DNA of 64,000 nucleotides from an uncultured Enterobacteriaceae bacterium (GTDB lineage Bacteria; Verrucomicrobiota; Verrucomicrobiia; Opitutales; UBA953): NCBI GenBank assembly GCA_964510855.1, contig CAZEDB010000001.1, positions 12,220 to 76,219 of the forward strand, read 5' to 3'. Shown piece by piece: positions 47,814 to 56,318 of this stretch (position 1 is its first letter; each line of letters starts with the position of its first letter). The notes under the pieces were generated by a model. It saw only the letters and a program-made list of their open reading frames with translations, ran no database searches and was not told where the DNA came from. The position numbers and the translations under genes were made by a program.

Positions 47814-49235
47814 TTGACTCCTCTTTGTAAAAAAAGGATACTGAATGGTAGGATGAGTTCAACCCAGCCAGATGACGCACCCCCTCCCCCCGAGGCTGAA
47901 GGTGACCTCGAGGCTATAGGGCATGAAGATCAGGCGACTGAAAGCATCCGGCCGCGACTCCCCTTTTGGAAACGCATTGGGGGCGAGGGGCTGGTTATCT
48001 CCGTGGTTCTTCACGGCATTTTATTAGTCATCTTTGCAGTTTGGGTTATCGCTACCATCACGGATACCGCCACGACCGATCCTGATACGTTTGCCACCGG
48101 ACAAGGGGGAGGAGCAAAAGGAGAAAAGGCGCGAGTATTCGAGCACAAGATGCAGCCACGTAATGCTCAAAATCTTGCCCGCAATACCGCGCGTATAACT
48201 TCAAAATCTTCAACCGCTTCGGTAGCCTTACCTGATCTTCCGACCACCGCCACGCCTTCGTTAATGTCAGGGCTGACGGGTGGCGGTGCCTCGAAGGGTT
48301 TTGGTGGCGGCTCGGGTGGCGGCATCGGTGCTGGCAAGGGCATCGGTGTCGGTAGCGGTAGAAATTTTGTGGGCATGTTTGGCGGCGGTTTTAAACGCGC
48401 CAACGCCCTAGAGGGGACCCTTTATGATTTAAAACAAGACCCCAAAGGTAAACAGCTGGTTAAGGACCGACCCGAGCGCATTGGTGAGATGCGCAGGGCT
48501 TTTGACGTCCTCGACCGCGGATGGAAGTCAGCTAAGGCCCACCTAGATAAAACCTACAAGCAAGCTGAGAAGAAACTCTATACCGCAAATATGCTCATCC
48601 ATCCGCTTGATGCGGGCGAGGCAACTAAAGCCTTTGACTGTGAAAAGGAGATTCAGGCTCCGGGGTGGCTGGCTTATTATGAAGGCTGGTTTGCGGTTCC
48701 TGAATCAGGCGATTACCGGTTTCATGGCTTTGCAGACGACATGATGGCGGTAGCGGTGGACGGTAACACGGTGCTTTCCGCTTTCTGGCCAGGCCAAGGC
48801 AATGGGGGTATCATTACCTTTCGCTCGGGCTGGGAGCCTAAAGATGCTCACAAGGTTGATGGTAGAATGTTCCGCAGTCCGAAGATGATTGGCCATCTCG
48901 GCGCTCGTTACAAAGGGGGCTGGATGCCGCTGCGCAAAGGACAGGCCTATTTTATCCAGATCGCGATTTCAGAATCTCATGGCGGTATTTTTTCTTCCGA
49001 ACTCTTAATTGAGAAAAAAGGCGTCACATACACTAAGGGTAAACTAGAGGACGTTATCCCCTACTTCATGCTCGAGCCTATGAGTCCAGAAGAAATTAAG
49101 CTTAAACTGGGTTGGAAAATGCCTCGCGGTTGGGGATACGGCCCTGCAACGCCTTGGCATATGGACGGGGCCACGGAGGGTCCTTCCTTCGGCGTAGAGA
49201 TTAATAATGTTACCCCGCGCCGGGGCTCACGCTAA
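47814..49235 (+). CDS. Paralog 1 of a single-pass membrane protein family (TonB-like TM helix, Gly-rich linker, PA14-like C-terminal domain)
   Basis: Has the conserved module RPRLPFWKRIGGEGLVISVVLHGILL...GGGSGGGIGAGKG, then WLAYYEGWFAVPESGDYRFHGFADDMMAVAVDGN. The start is uncertain (TTG at 47814 or ATG at 47853). Confidence 0.7.
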   Translation: MTPLCKKRILNGRMSSTQPDDAPPPPEAEGDLEAIGHEDQATESIRPRLPFWKRIGGEGLVISVVLHGILLVIFAVWVIATITDTATTDPDTFATGQGGGAKGEKARVFEHKMQPRNAQNLARNTARITSKSSTASVALPDLPTTATPSLMSGLTGGGASKGFGGGSGGGIGAGKGIGVGSGRNFVGMFGGGFKRANALEGTLYDLKQDPKGKQLVKDRPERIGEMRRAFDVLDRGWKSAKAHLDKTYKQAEKKLYTANMLIHPLDAGEATKAFDCEKEIQAPGWLAYYEGWFAVPESGDYRFHGFADDMMAVAVDGNTVLSAFWPGQGNGGIITFRSGWEPKDAHKVDGRMFRSPKMIGHLGARYKGGWMPLRKGQAYFIQIAISESHGGIFSSELLIEKKGVTYTKGKLEDVIPYFMLEPMSPEEIKLKLGWKMPRGWGYGPATPWHMDGATEGPSFGVEINNVTPRRGSR

Positions 49236-49282
49236 AGCAGTTACGCTGGCTTTTAGCGGGTGAGTTAACTTATTGTATCTGG

Positions 49283-50665
49283 GTGAGTCAGTTACCCACT
49301 GAACCCCCAGCAGAAGAACCCCTGCTACCAAGTGAGGGTGAAGTAGTTGTTGGTGATCAAGAAACTTTAACTGACGCATCGCTCCGCCCGAGACTCCCTT
49401 TTTGGAAACGCATCGGGGGTGAGGGTTTAGTCATCTCAGTCATTTTGCATGCTATTCTCCTCATCGTTTTTGCGGTTTGGGTTATTGCTACCATCACAGA
49501 TACCGCGACTACCGATCCTGACACTTTTGCTACTGGATCGGGCGGAGGTGCTAAAGGAGCCCAGGCCAAAATTTTTGAGCACAAGATGCAGCCCCGGAAT
49601 GCTCAAAACTTGGCGCGTAATGCCTCTCGAATAACCACTAAGTCTGCCACTGCCTCGGTAGCTTTGCCTGATTTACCTACTACGGCGACGCCTTCGCTAA
49701 TGTCGGGCATGACCGGCGGAGGATCCTCAAAAGGGTTTGGCGGCGGCTCGGGTGGCGGGATTGGCGCCGGCAAAGGCGTGGGTGTAGGCAATAGCCGAAA
49801 TTTTGTCGGCCTCTTCGGAGGAAAATTTGGGGGCGCTGGTTTAACCGGCAACTTCTATGACTTAAAGCAAACGTCTTCCCAGAAAGCTACTTTAATGATG
49901 GGACCCGATCCTGAAAATATTGGGCCGCAAAATCTTCCCGCAGTTAAAGCCTACACCAAGGAAGTGCATGAGTTTGTTCGTAATGGCTGGAGTGAGAGTC
50001 GGTTAAGAAAGTTTTTCCGGGCGCCAGAGCAATTGATGGCTACGCAATTTTTCATTCCGCGCACCTCGGCGAGTGCAGCTCCAAAGGCCTTCGGAGTGGA
50101 AGGCCTAGTAAAACCTTCACGCTGGATTGCACACTACAAGGGTCGTATCCGAGCTCCTGTAGATGGTAAATTTCGCTTCGTTGGTTTTGGCGACGACTTA
50201 CTCGTAGTTCGGTGGGATAATAAAGTCGCGCTCGATGCTGGTTATGACGCCCCTTCAGTTGATGCAGTTAATGTAGTTCACGGAGATGATCCCTTTCGTG
50301 AATACACGGAGTTTGCTGGTAAGCCTAAAATTCCATTTTTTGACTACCACGGCATTGTGCCGAATTCAAACGCAGCACGCCTAAGAGCAGGCCCCTGGAT
50401 TGATGTGCGTGCAGGTATGGATTATTCCATGGAAGTCATCATTGGAGAAACTCCTGGGGGCGGGTTCTTCTCGCTTCTTGGGATTGAGGTATCGACTGGA
50501 AAGCGCGAAGGGGGGCAATTTTTAGGTGAGCGCCGAACCAGGCTCTTTAAAATTGGCTCGGGCGAGCTCCCTCCTGAAATTGCTAATGGTGCGGGTACGG
50601 GTTGGGAAATGGACCCCGGCGATTGGACCTTCCAGCCAAGCGGTGGTGCTAAGGTGACTCGTTAA
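49283..50665 (+). CDS. Paralog 2 of the same family
   Basis: The same N-module, with about 19 substitutions in ~145 aa versus paralog 1 by hand alignment. PA14-like segment WIAHYKGRIRAPVDGKFRFVGFGDDLLVVRWDNK. Confidence 0.75.
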   Translation: MSQLPTEPPAEEPLLPSEGEVVVGDQETLTDASLRPRLPFWKRIGGEGLVISVILHAILLIVFAVWVIATITDTATTDPDTFATGSGGGAKGAQAKIFEHKMQPRNAQNLARNASRITTKSATASVALPDLPTTATPSLMSGMTGGGSSKGFGGGSGGGIGAGKGVGVGNSRNFVGLFGGKFGGAGLTGNFYDLKQTSSQKATLMMGPDPENIGPQNLPAVKAYTKEVHEFVRNGWSESRLRKFFRAPEQLMATQFFIPRTSASAAPKAFGVEGLVKPSRWIAHYKGRIRAPVDGKFRFVGFGDDLLVVRWDNKVALDAGYDAPSVDAVNVVHGDDPFREYTEFAGKPKIPFFDYHGIVPNSNAARLRAGPWIDVRAGMDYSMEVIIGETPGGGFFSLLGIEVSTGKREGGQFLGERRTRLFKIGSGELPPEIANGAGTGWEMDPGDWTFQPSGGAKVTR

Positions 50666-50691
50666 GTACTAAGCGCCCTAATTATATAAGT

Positions 50692-51717
50692 TTATTCGGG
50701 CGCCTTACTTACCCCACGCTCAACGAGTCTCCGCTCGGCCCAAGCGGCGGCCTCGGCTAAAACAGGATCGGGATGATGGAGGAGTCCTTTAACAGCTGAC
50801 ACATCCTCAGGCTTACCCGTGTTGCCTAAAACTATAAGAGCGTTCCTCCACCAGCGCGCCAAGCCGAGTCGCTTGATAGGCGTGCCGGCAAAAGTTCGGG
50901 CAAAGTCCTCTTCCTTCCAAACTAAAGTTTCGCGCAAAGGCGGTAACGGGCGGGCCGCGAAACGGGCTTCGCGTGTAGCAACCGCCCATTTATTCCAAGG
51001 GCAAACCGTCAAGCAATCATCACAGCCAAATACCCGGTCTCCCAGCGCCACGCGAAACTCTTCAGGTATAGGACCCTTATGCTCAATCGTGAGGTAGGCT
51101 AAACAACGACGGGCATCGAGTTGGTAGGGAGCAGGAAACGCTTGGGTTGGGCAGGCGTCTTGGCAACGGGTGCAGGAACCACAACGATCGGGCTCAGGAG
51201 TATCTGCGGGCAACTCGAGCGTGGTAAGAATAACGCCAAGTAAAAGCCAGGTGCCTTGGCGGCGATGAATCAGTAGTGTATTCTTTCCCTGCCAGCCTAG
51301 ACCTGCAGCTGCCGCTAAGGGTTTTTCGAGCACGGGACCCGTGTCGACATACGGGCGATGGACGCCGCCATGGAGATGGAGGGTATCGCAGACCTGCTTG
51401 AGCTTTTGTAAGAGGACGTCGTGGTAGTCGCCACCCAGTGCATAAGTCGCGACCTTATAACCTCGCTCGGGTTGCGGCTGCCATGAGTTCGCACCTAAAA
51501 CAATAATACTGCGGGCTTCAGGTAAAACTCGCGTGGGGTCGGTACGGCGTTCGGGGTCGCGGGCCATCCAAGCCATGTCACCGTGATACCCTTCGGCTAA
51601 CCAGCGGCGAAAATAGTCGGCTCTTAACTCAACAGGTACGGCAGTGACGCCAAAGGCTGAAAAGCCTAGCGCCTCAGCGGCTTGCTTTAACTGCGCCTTG
51701 AGCGCCGCGCCTGACAT
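50692..51717 (-). CDS. queG: Epoxyqueuosine reductase
   Basis: Two 4Fe-4S motifs (CGSCTRCQDACP and CDDCLTVCPWN) and C-terminal HEAT-like repeats. Confidence 0.9.
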   Translation of the reverse strand: MSGAALKAQLKQAAEALGFSAFGVTAVPVELRADYFRRWLAEGYHGDMAWMARDPERRTDPTRVLPEARSIIVLGANSWQPQPERGYKVATYALGGDYHDVLLQKLKQVCDTLHLHGGVHRPYVDTGPVLEKPLAAAAGLGWQGKNTLLIHRRQGTWLLLGVILTTLELPADTPEPDRCGSCTRCQDACPTQAFPAPYQLDARRCLAYLTIEHKGPIPEEFRVALGDRVFGCDDCLTVCPWNKWAVATREARFAARPLPPLRETLVWKEEDFARTFAGTPIKRLGLARWWRNALIVLGNTGKPEDVSAVKGLLHHPDPVLAEAAAWAERRLVERGVSKAPE

Positions 51718-51720
51718 AAA

Positions 51721-52272
51721 TTAGGAGACCAAAACGGAAACAACCCGGGCAACAATCTCATCAACTGGAGCGAGTTTGCCTCGGCCCTCGTAACCGCAAG
51801 CCAGTACGCCCTCACAAGCATCAACAACAACATGACCCCGCGCTTGTAGTGTACGCAGGTTAGCCACGGTAGCGGGGTGCTCGAGCATCTTGCCATTCAT
51901 CGCTGGGCATAGCATCACGGGCGCAGGCGTAGCTAAATAAATGCTGCTGAGTAAATCGGGAGCTAGGCCGTGGGCAAATTGTGCTAGGCAATCCGCAGTT
52001 GCAGGGGCAACCAGAAGTAAATCTGCGGTATCGGCGATTTCGATATGTCCAGGAACCCAACCCTTACCTTCATCCCACAAGTCGTGCGCTACGGGATGAC
52101 GTGAAAGCACCTGCAGGGTCATAGGTGTAATGAACTGGGTTGCCCCCTTGGTCATCACTACCTGTACCGTGGCCCCGAGCTTAACAAGCGCTGAGGTAAG
52201 ATCGGCTGCTTTGTAAGCGGCAATCGAGCCTGTTACCCCTAAGACAATGCGTTTGCCGTCAAGTTGAGCCAT
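51721..52272 (-). CDS. coaC: Stand-alone phosphopantothenoylcysteine decarboxylase-type flavoprotein (CoaC domain only)
   Basis: GKRIVLGVTGSIAAYKA, PAMNGKM and LACGYEGRGKLA. At 183 aa it has no CoaB half. Confidence 0.8.
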   Translation of the reverse strand: MAQLDGKRIVLGVTGSIAAYKAADLTSALVKLGATVQVVMTKGATQFITPMTLQVLSRHPVAHDLWDEGKGWVPGHIEIADTADLLLVAPATADCLAQFAHGLAPDLLSSIYLATPAPVMLCPAMNGKMLEHPATVANLRTLQARGHVVVDACEGVLACGYEGRGKLAPVDEIVARVVSVLVS

Positions 52273-52314
52273 TTCTCTATTAGTAACTAAGCCTTAAACA
52301 AAGGAAAGCAACGA

Positions 52315-53691
52315 GTGAGCCGCAAGGGTTGGGCTGGATTTATAGAGGGAAAGCCTTATTTTAAAGGCGTGGTGTCACCCCAACCTCCATCTGATTCAGA
52401 GCCTCTAGAGCCCTTGCCTCCCGAAGGTGAAGAGCAGGCCGTAGTCTATGAGGATGAACCTACTGGCGAACCCTTAAGGCCACGTCTTCCTTTCTGGAAA
52501 CGCATCGGTGGTGAAGGTTTAGTTATCTCCGTAGTTTTACACGCCATTCTGTTAGTGATTTTTGCCGTATGGGTCATTGCCACCATCACGGACACTGCGA
52601 CCACTGACCCTGACACCTTTGCCACCGGTTCAGGGGGCGGTGCAAAAGGTGAGCGGGCAAAAATCTTTGAGCATAAAATGCAGCCCAAAAACGCCCAACA
52701 ATTAGCGCGTAATACGAGCCGCATCACCTCTAAGTCAGCTACGGCATCGGTCGCTTTGCCTGATTTACCCACCACCTCAACTCCCTCATTAATGTCGGGG
52801 ATGACGGGGGGTGGCTCCTCAAAGGGTTTTGGCGGTGGCTCGGGTGGCGGGATTGGTGCGGGTAAAGGTGTGGGGGTTGGCAATTCGCGAAATTTTGTTG
52901 GACTCTTTGGGGCTAAGTTTGGTGCGAATGGATTGTCGGGCACCTTTTACGATATCAAACAAACCAAAGAACGTAAGGCTACCAATGCTCAGCCCTATCC
53001 TGCTGGTATGGAGCCTTATCGCGATGTCATAAGAAGCTTTTTGAGCAGCAACTGGAATACCAACAAATTTGACCGCTACTTCCGCGCCCCTGAGACCTTA
53101 ATGATGAGTCAGCTTTTTATTCCAGGGCGATCTGCCAGTGCAGCCCCGGTAGCCTTCGGCGTTGAAAAAGAGGTTCAACCTTCACGCTGGTTGGTGCACT
53201 ACAAAGGTACGGTGCGCGCCCCTCAGGCTGGGACGTTTCGTTTTGTAGGTTCAGGTGATGACTGGCTGATTGTGCGCTGGAATCGTAAAATTGCCTTTGA
53301 TGAAGGCTATGAAACCTTCGAAGTAAAAGGGGGGAAGTACACCGATTTCAGTCAGGTAGTTGATGTACAGGTCCCTATTGATCGTACGCCTGGTGGTCGT
53401 CATTATCTCAAATGTGGACCGTGGATTACGGTTAGAAAAGGGGATGCTATACCCATAGAGATACTTATGGGAGAGGGACCAGGAGGGAGTTTTGATGTCT
53501 ACCTCGCCATCGAAGTCGCCAAGCCCAAGAAAGAAAAAGGTGAGTTTGTCGGTGAAGGCTCGCTGAAGCTTTTTCGCACCACCAATGACCCCGTGCCAGA
53601 GGAAATTCAAAATCCTGGCCGCAATTTAACCATCGATATGCAAGCCGAGGGTTGGGTTTTTGAAGCGACCAAAACAACAACGAGTAGATAA
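52315..53691 (+). CDS. Paralog 3 of the same family
   Basis: N-module with about 10 substitutions in ~145 aa versus paralog 2. WLVHYKGTVRAPQAGTFRFVGSGDDWLIVRWNRK. The start is uncertain. Confidence 0.75.
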   Translation: MSRKGWAGFIEGKPYFKGVVSPQPPSDSEPLEPLPPEGEEQAVVYEDEPTGEPLRPRLPFWKRIGGEGLVISVVLHAILLVIFAVWVIATITDTATTDPDTFATGSGGGAKGERAKIFEHKMQPKNAQQLARNTSRITSKSATASVALPDLPTTSTPSLMSGMTGGGSSKGFGGGSGGGIGAGKGVGVGNSRNFVGLFGAKFGANGLSGTFYDIKQTKERKATNAQPYPAGMEPYRDVIRSFLSSNWNTNKFDRYFRAPETLMMSQLFIPGRSASAAPVAFGVEKEVQPSRWLVHYKGTVRAPQAGTFRFVGSGDDWLIVRWNRKIAFDEGYETFEVKGGKYTDFSQVVDVQVPIDRTPGGRHYLKCGPWITVRKGDAIPIEILMGEGPGGSFDVYLAIEVAKPKKEKGEFVGEGSLKLFRTTNDPVPEEIQNPGRNLTIDMQAEGWVFEATKTTTSR

Positions 53692-53692
53692 T

Positions 53693-53715
53693 AAGGCTTT
53701 GTTTTAAAAAGCCTT
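53693..53715. terminator. Possible bidirectional hairpin terminator
   Basis: AAGGCTTT (53693-53700) pairs with AAAGCCTT (53708-53715) around a 7-nt loop, between convergent genes. The stem is AT-rich and therefore weak. Confidence 0.35.
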
Positions 53716-53735
53716 AGCGCCTGGAGCAGTGCCCT

Positions 53736-54353
53736 TCATCCTCGCCAAGGCAATTCACCTGCCGGAGTAACCTCGAGAAAATCTTTCCAGAGCTGGTGTT
53801 CGTCGGCAGTGAGTGAAGCGGCCATCAGCATCCGCCATTTCGGGCGTTGTGGGGCACGACGAAGTTCCATGCTAGCTTGAGCAGGTAGACGATTGCCTTT
53901 GCGGGCGTTACAGCGAATACAGGCAGTTACAATATTTTCCCAGGTGGTAACCCCTCCACGGTCGCGCGGGACAACGTGATCGAGATTAAGTTCTTCTTCG
54001 GGATAGCGGCGGCCGCAGTACTGACAGGAGTGGCTATCCCGCAGATAAACATTACGGCGATTAAAACGAATATCCCGGCGAGGAACCCGATCATATTCAC
54101 CCAGCAAGACCACGCGGGGCGGCACTAAATGAATACGTGGGGTGCGAATGGCGATGGCTTCAGGGGGCGGGCAGCGGCGAGAATATTCCAACCATGCCTC
54201 AGCTGGAAATACGCGGTGATCACCTTCATCGAGGTGTAAAATTGAAGCACGTCCGCGAAAAACTAGGTTTAGGGCACGCCTTAAACCGACAATATTAACC
54301 GGCTGCCATAGGCGGTTAAGAACAAGAACGCGTTGGTCAAGGCGACCGGGCAC
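53736..54353 (-). CDS. HNH endonuclease
   Basis: CQYCGRR...LNLDHVVPRDRGG..TWENIVTACIRCNARKGN. Confidence 0.8.
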   Translation of the reverse strand: MPGRLDQRVLVLNRLWQPVNIVGLRRALNLVFRGRASILHLDEGDHRVFPAEAWLEYSRRCPPPEAIAIRTPRIHLVPPRVVLLGEYDRVPRRDIRFNRRNVYLRDSHSCQYCGRRYPEEELNLDHVVPRDRGGVTTWENIVTACIRCNARKGNRLPAQASMELRRAPQRPKWRMLMAASLTADEHQLWKDFLEVTPAGELPWRG

Positions 54354-54400
54354 ATGCCAACTGTGCCCAAGAATGCCGTGGGGTCAACGCGGGGAAGTCT

Positions 54401-54787
54401 TTAGCTGAGCAACACCCAGAGCAGGAGTGCAGCGAAGGTCACACCAATCACCATCCAAATTAAGCTGTCCTTGCTCATGCTAGAGGCCAAAGGAGCCGAA
54501 GGGGCTTCCTCGGCATCAGTGCCCAAATCAAGCGGGCGGCGGGAGGCACGAACCGAGTGATGGGTATTAAAATCAGCTACTGCCTTCTCCTCATCAAGAC
54601 GGAGGTACTTGGCATAAATCTTCACAAACCCACGCTTATAAACATCGGCTAAGGGGATAGACTCAAATTGGTTAGCCTCCATCGCCTGGAGATAATCACC
54701 GCGGACTTTGGTTACATCAGCGGCTTCGCGCACGGTAACACCGAGGCGCTGACGGGCTTCTTGAAGACGTTCACCGAGGGACTGCAT
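54401..54787 (-). CDS. RodZ-like helix-turn-helix protein with C-terminal TM anchor
   Basis: LGERLQEARQRLGVTVREAADVTKVRGDYLQAMEANQFE (HTH), and a C-terminal hydrophobic helix. Confidence 0.65.
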   Translation of the reverse strand: MQSLGERLQEARQRLGVTVREAADVTKVRGDYLQAMEANQFESIPLADVYKRGFVKIYAKYLRLDEEKAVADFNTHHSVRASRRPLDLGTDAEEAPSAPLASSMSKDSLIWMVIGVTFAALLLWVLLS

Positions 54788-54845
54788 GAGGCTTCTAGAC
54801 TCCCCTTTGCCAGGAAGATGGCAAGCCTAGGGTGCCAACCTAGGC

Positions 54846-55634
54846 TTAAAGTCCTGAAATCCAAATAAACGGGGCAGCAACCCACCCAACTAAGCCACCC
54901 AAGAAAGCCCTAAAGGGGCCGAGATTAATCAAAAGCAACAGGACCCATGGGGCATAGGTAGAAATCTGAATAAAGGTCTCCTCCGTCATACCCACCAAGC
55001 GCCGAAGCAAGCGGCCACCATCCAGGGGTGGTATCGGAAGTAAATTAAAAGCCATCAGACTCGCATTCAAAAGGAGTGCGAGGAGTAAAAATCTTTGCAT
55101 CTCAAAGCTAGGAATCCACCCCAGCAGGCCAGCTAAGGCGGTACCAAGAGCGACAATGATGCAAAGTAGTAGGTTCATGGCTGGGCCAGCCAAGGTTGTT
55201 AAAATATCATCCCAATAACGCGTACGGGGATTAGCGAGTAAGACCTGAACAGGCTTACCCCAGCCGATAAGGGCAATGGGTGCCCCTCCACCAAAAAACG
55301 CCGGCCAAAAAATCATTACCCCAGGAATAAGTAAGGTACCAATCGGATCAATGTGTGCCATGGGGTCGAGCGTGACCCGGCCTTGAGCACGCGGGAGTGG
55401 ATCCCCGCGTAAGTCAGCCACCCAAGCATGACCAAATTCATGGATGCTTATCGATACCACTAAAAGAATCATTAGCAGCGCGCCTTGGCGCAGGGCCTCC
55501 ATGTCTATAGCGGCAAACATCATAACTCCATAAACTACCAACGCAGCAGCGACTAAAGTCAAACTGTGGTACGCGACTAACCTAAGTAAGTGGGCACGAA
55601 GTGCGTGGGAGTTGTGCCTTGAGACCTTAAGCAT
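54846..55634 (-). CDS. M50-family (site-2 protease-like) membrane metalloprotease
   Basis: HEFGHAW (HExxH) and NLLPIPPLDGG. Confidence 0.8.
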   Translation of the reverse strand: MLKVSRHNSHALRAHLLRLVAYHSLTLVAAALVVYGVMMFAAIDMEALRQGALLMILLVVSISIHEFGHAWVADLRGDPLPRAQGRVTLDPMAHIDPIGTLLIPGVMIFWPAFFGGGAPIALIGWGKPVQVLLANPRTRYWDDILTTLAGPAMNLLLCIIVALGTALAGLLGWIPSFEMQRFLLLALLLNASLMAFNLLPIPPLDGGRLLRRLVGMTEETFIQISTYAPWVLLLLINLGPFRAFLGGLVGWVAAPFIWISGL

Positions 55635-55653
55635 CTGGGGTTAAACCCAAGGT

Positions 55654-56316
55654 ATGTCCTTAGCTTTGCGTACACGGCTTGCGGAACGTCGGGGTCTCCC
55701 CCGCCCCCATGCCCAAACCTTAGCTCGCCTGCGCACCCCTCGAGCGATTCAGGACTGGTTAGTAGACTTGCCGCAGAATTTTGAGCCGGATGGTGATACG
55801 GTACGCTCTGTGCAAGGCGCGATGGACGCTAATTGTGGTCATTGTATCGAAGGGGCAATGATTGCGGCCTTTGCTTTATGGCTACAGGGGCACCCTCCCC
55901 TGCTCTTAGATTTTTGTGCCCACCGCGATATGGACCACGTGATTGCGCCGTTCAAAGTGAGGGGTAAGTGGGGCGCAATTTCTAAAACTAACTACACCTG
56001 TCTGCGTTGGCGCGACCCCGTTTACAGCTCGGTGCGCGAGTTGGCGATGTCCTACTTCCACGAATACGCTAAGGGCCCACGCAAAACCTTACGAAGTTAC
56101 TCCGTACCTTTTGACCTGCGTAAGCTTGGCGACACGGGTTGGATTAATGGCGAAGGCAATCGCTGGGAGGTAAGTATTCGGATTACCGAGATTCGCCACA
56201 CCACAATTGTAACGGAAAAACAGGCACGTGCCCTAAGACCCCGAGATAAAGTTGAGGTGGCATCGGATAAAATAACCACCTTCCCCATCCCAGCTTGGAA
56301 GCGACAGCGGCTGTAA
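55654..56316 (+). CDS. Hypothetical protein, possibly a transglutaminase/papain-like Cys-His fold
   Basis: NCGHCIEGAMIAAFALWLQG...DHVIAPFKVRGKWGAISKTN fits a Cys...His...polar pattern. I recognise no named family. Confidence 0.45.
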   Translation: MSLALRTRLAERRGLPRPHAQTLARLRTPRAIQDWLVDLPQNFEPDGDTVRSVQGAMDANCGHCIEGAMIAAFALWLQGHPPLLLDFCAHRDMDHVIAPFKVRGKWGAISKTNYTCLRWRDPVYSSVRELAMSYFHEYAKGPRKTLRSYSVPFDLRKLGDTGWINGEGNRWEVSIRITEIRHTTIVTEKQARALRPRDKVEVASDKITTFPIPAWKRQRL

Positions 56317-56318
56317 AC

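Noticed and set aside
48167-48403. Pro-rich antisense ORFs opposite the Gly-rich linkers (48167-48403, 49603-49851, 52446-52943)
   Set aside because: GGN Gly codons read as NCC Pro codons on the other strand. The apparent 'conservation' of these three ORFs simply mirrors the conserved sense-strand module.
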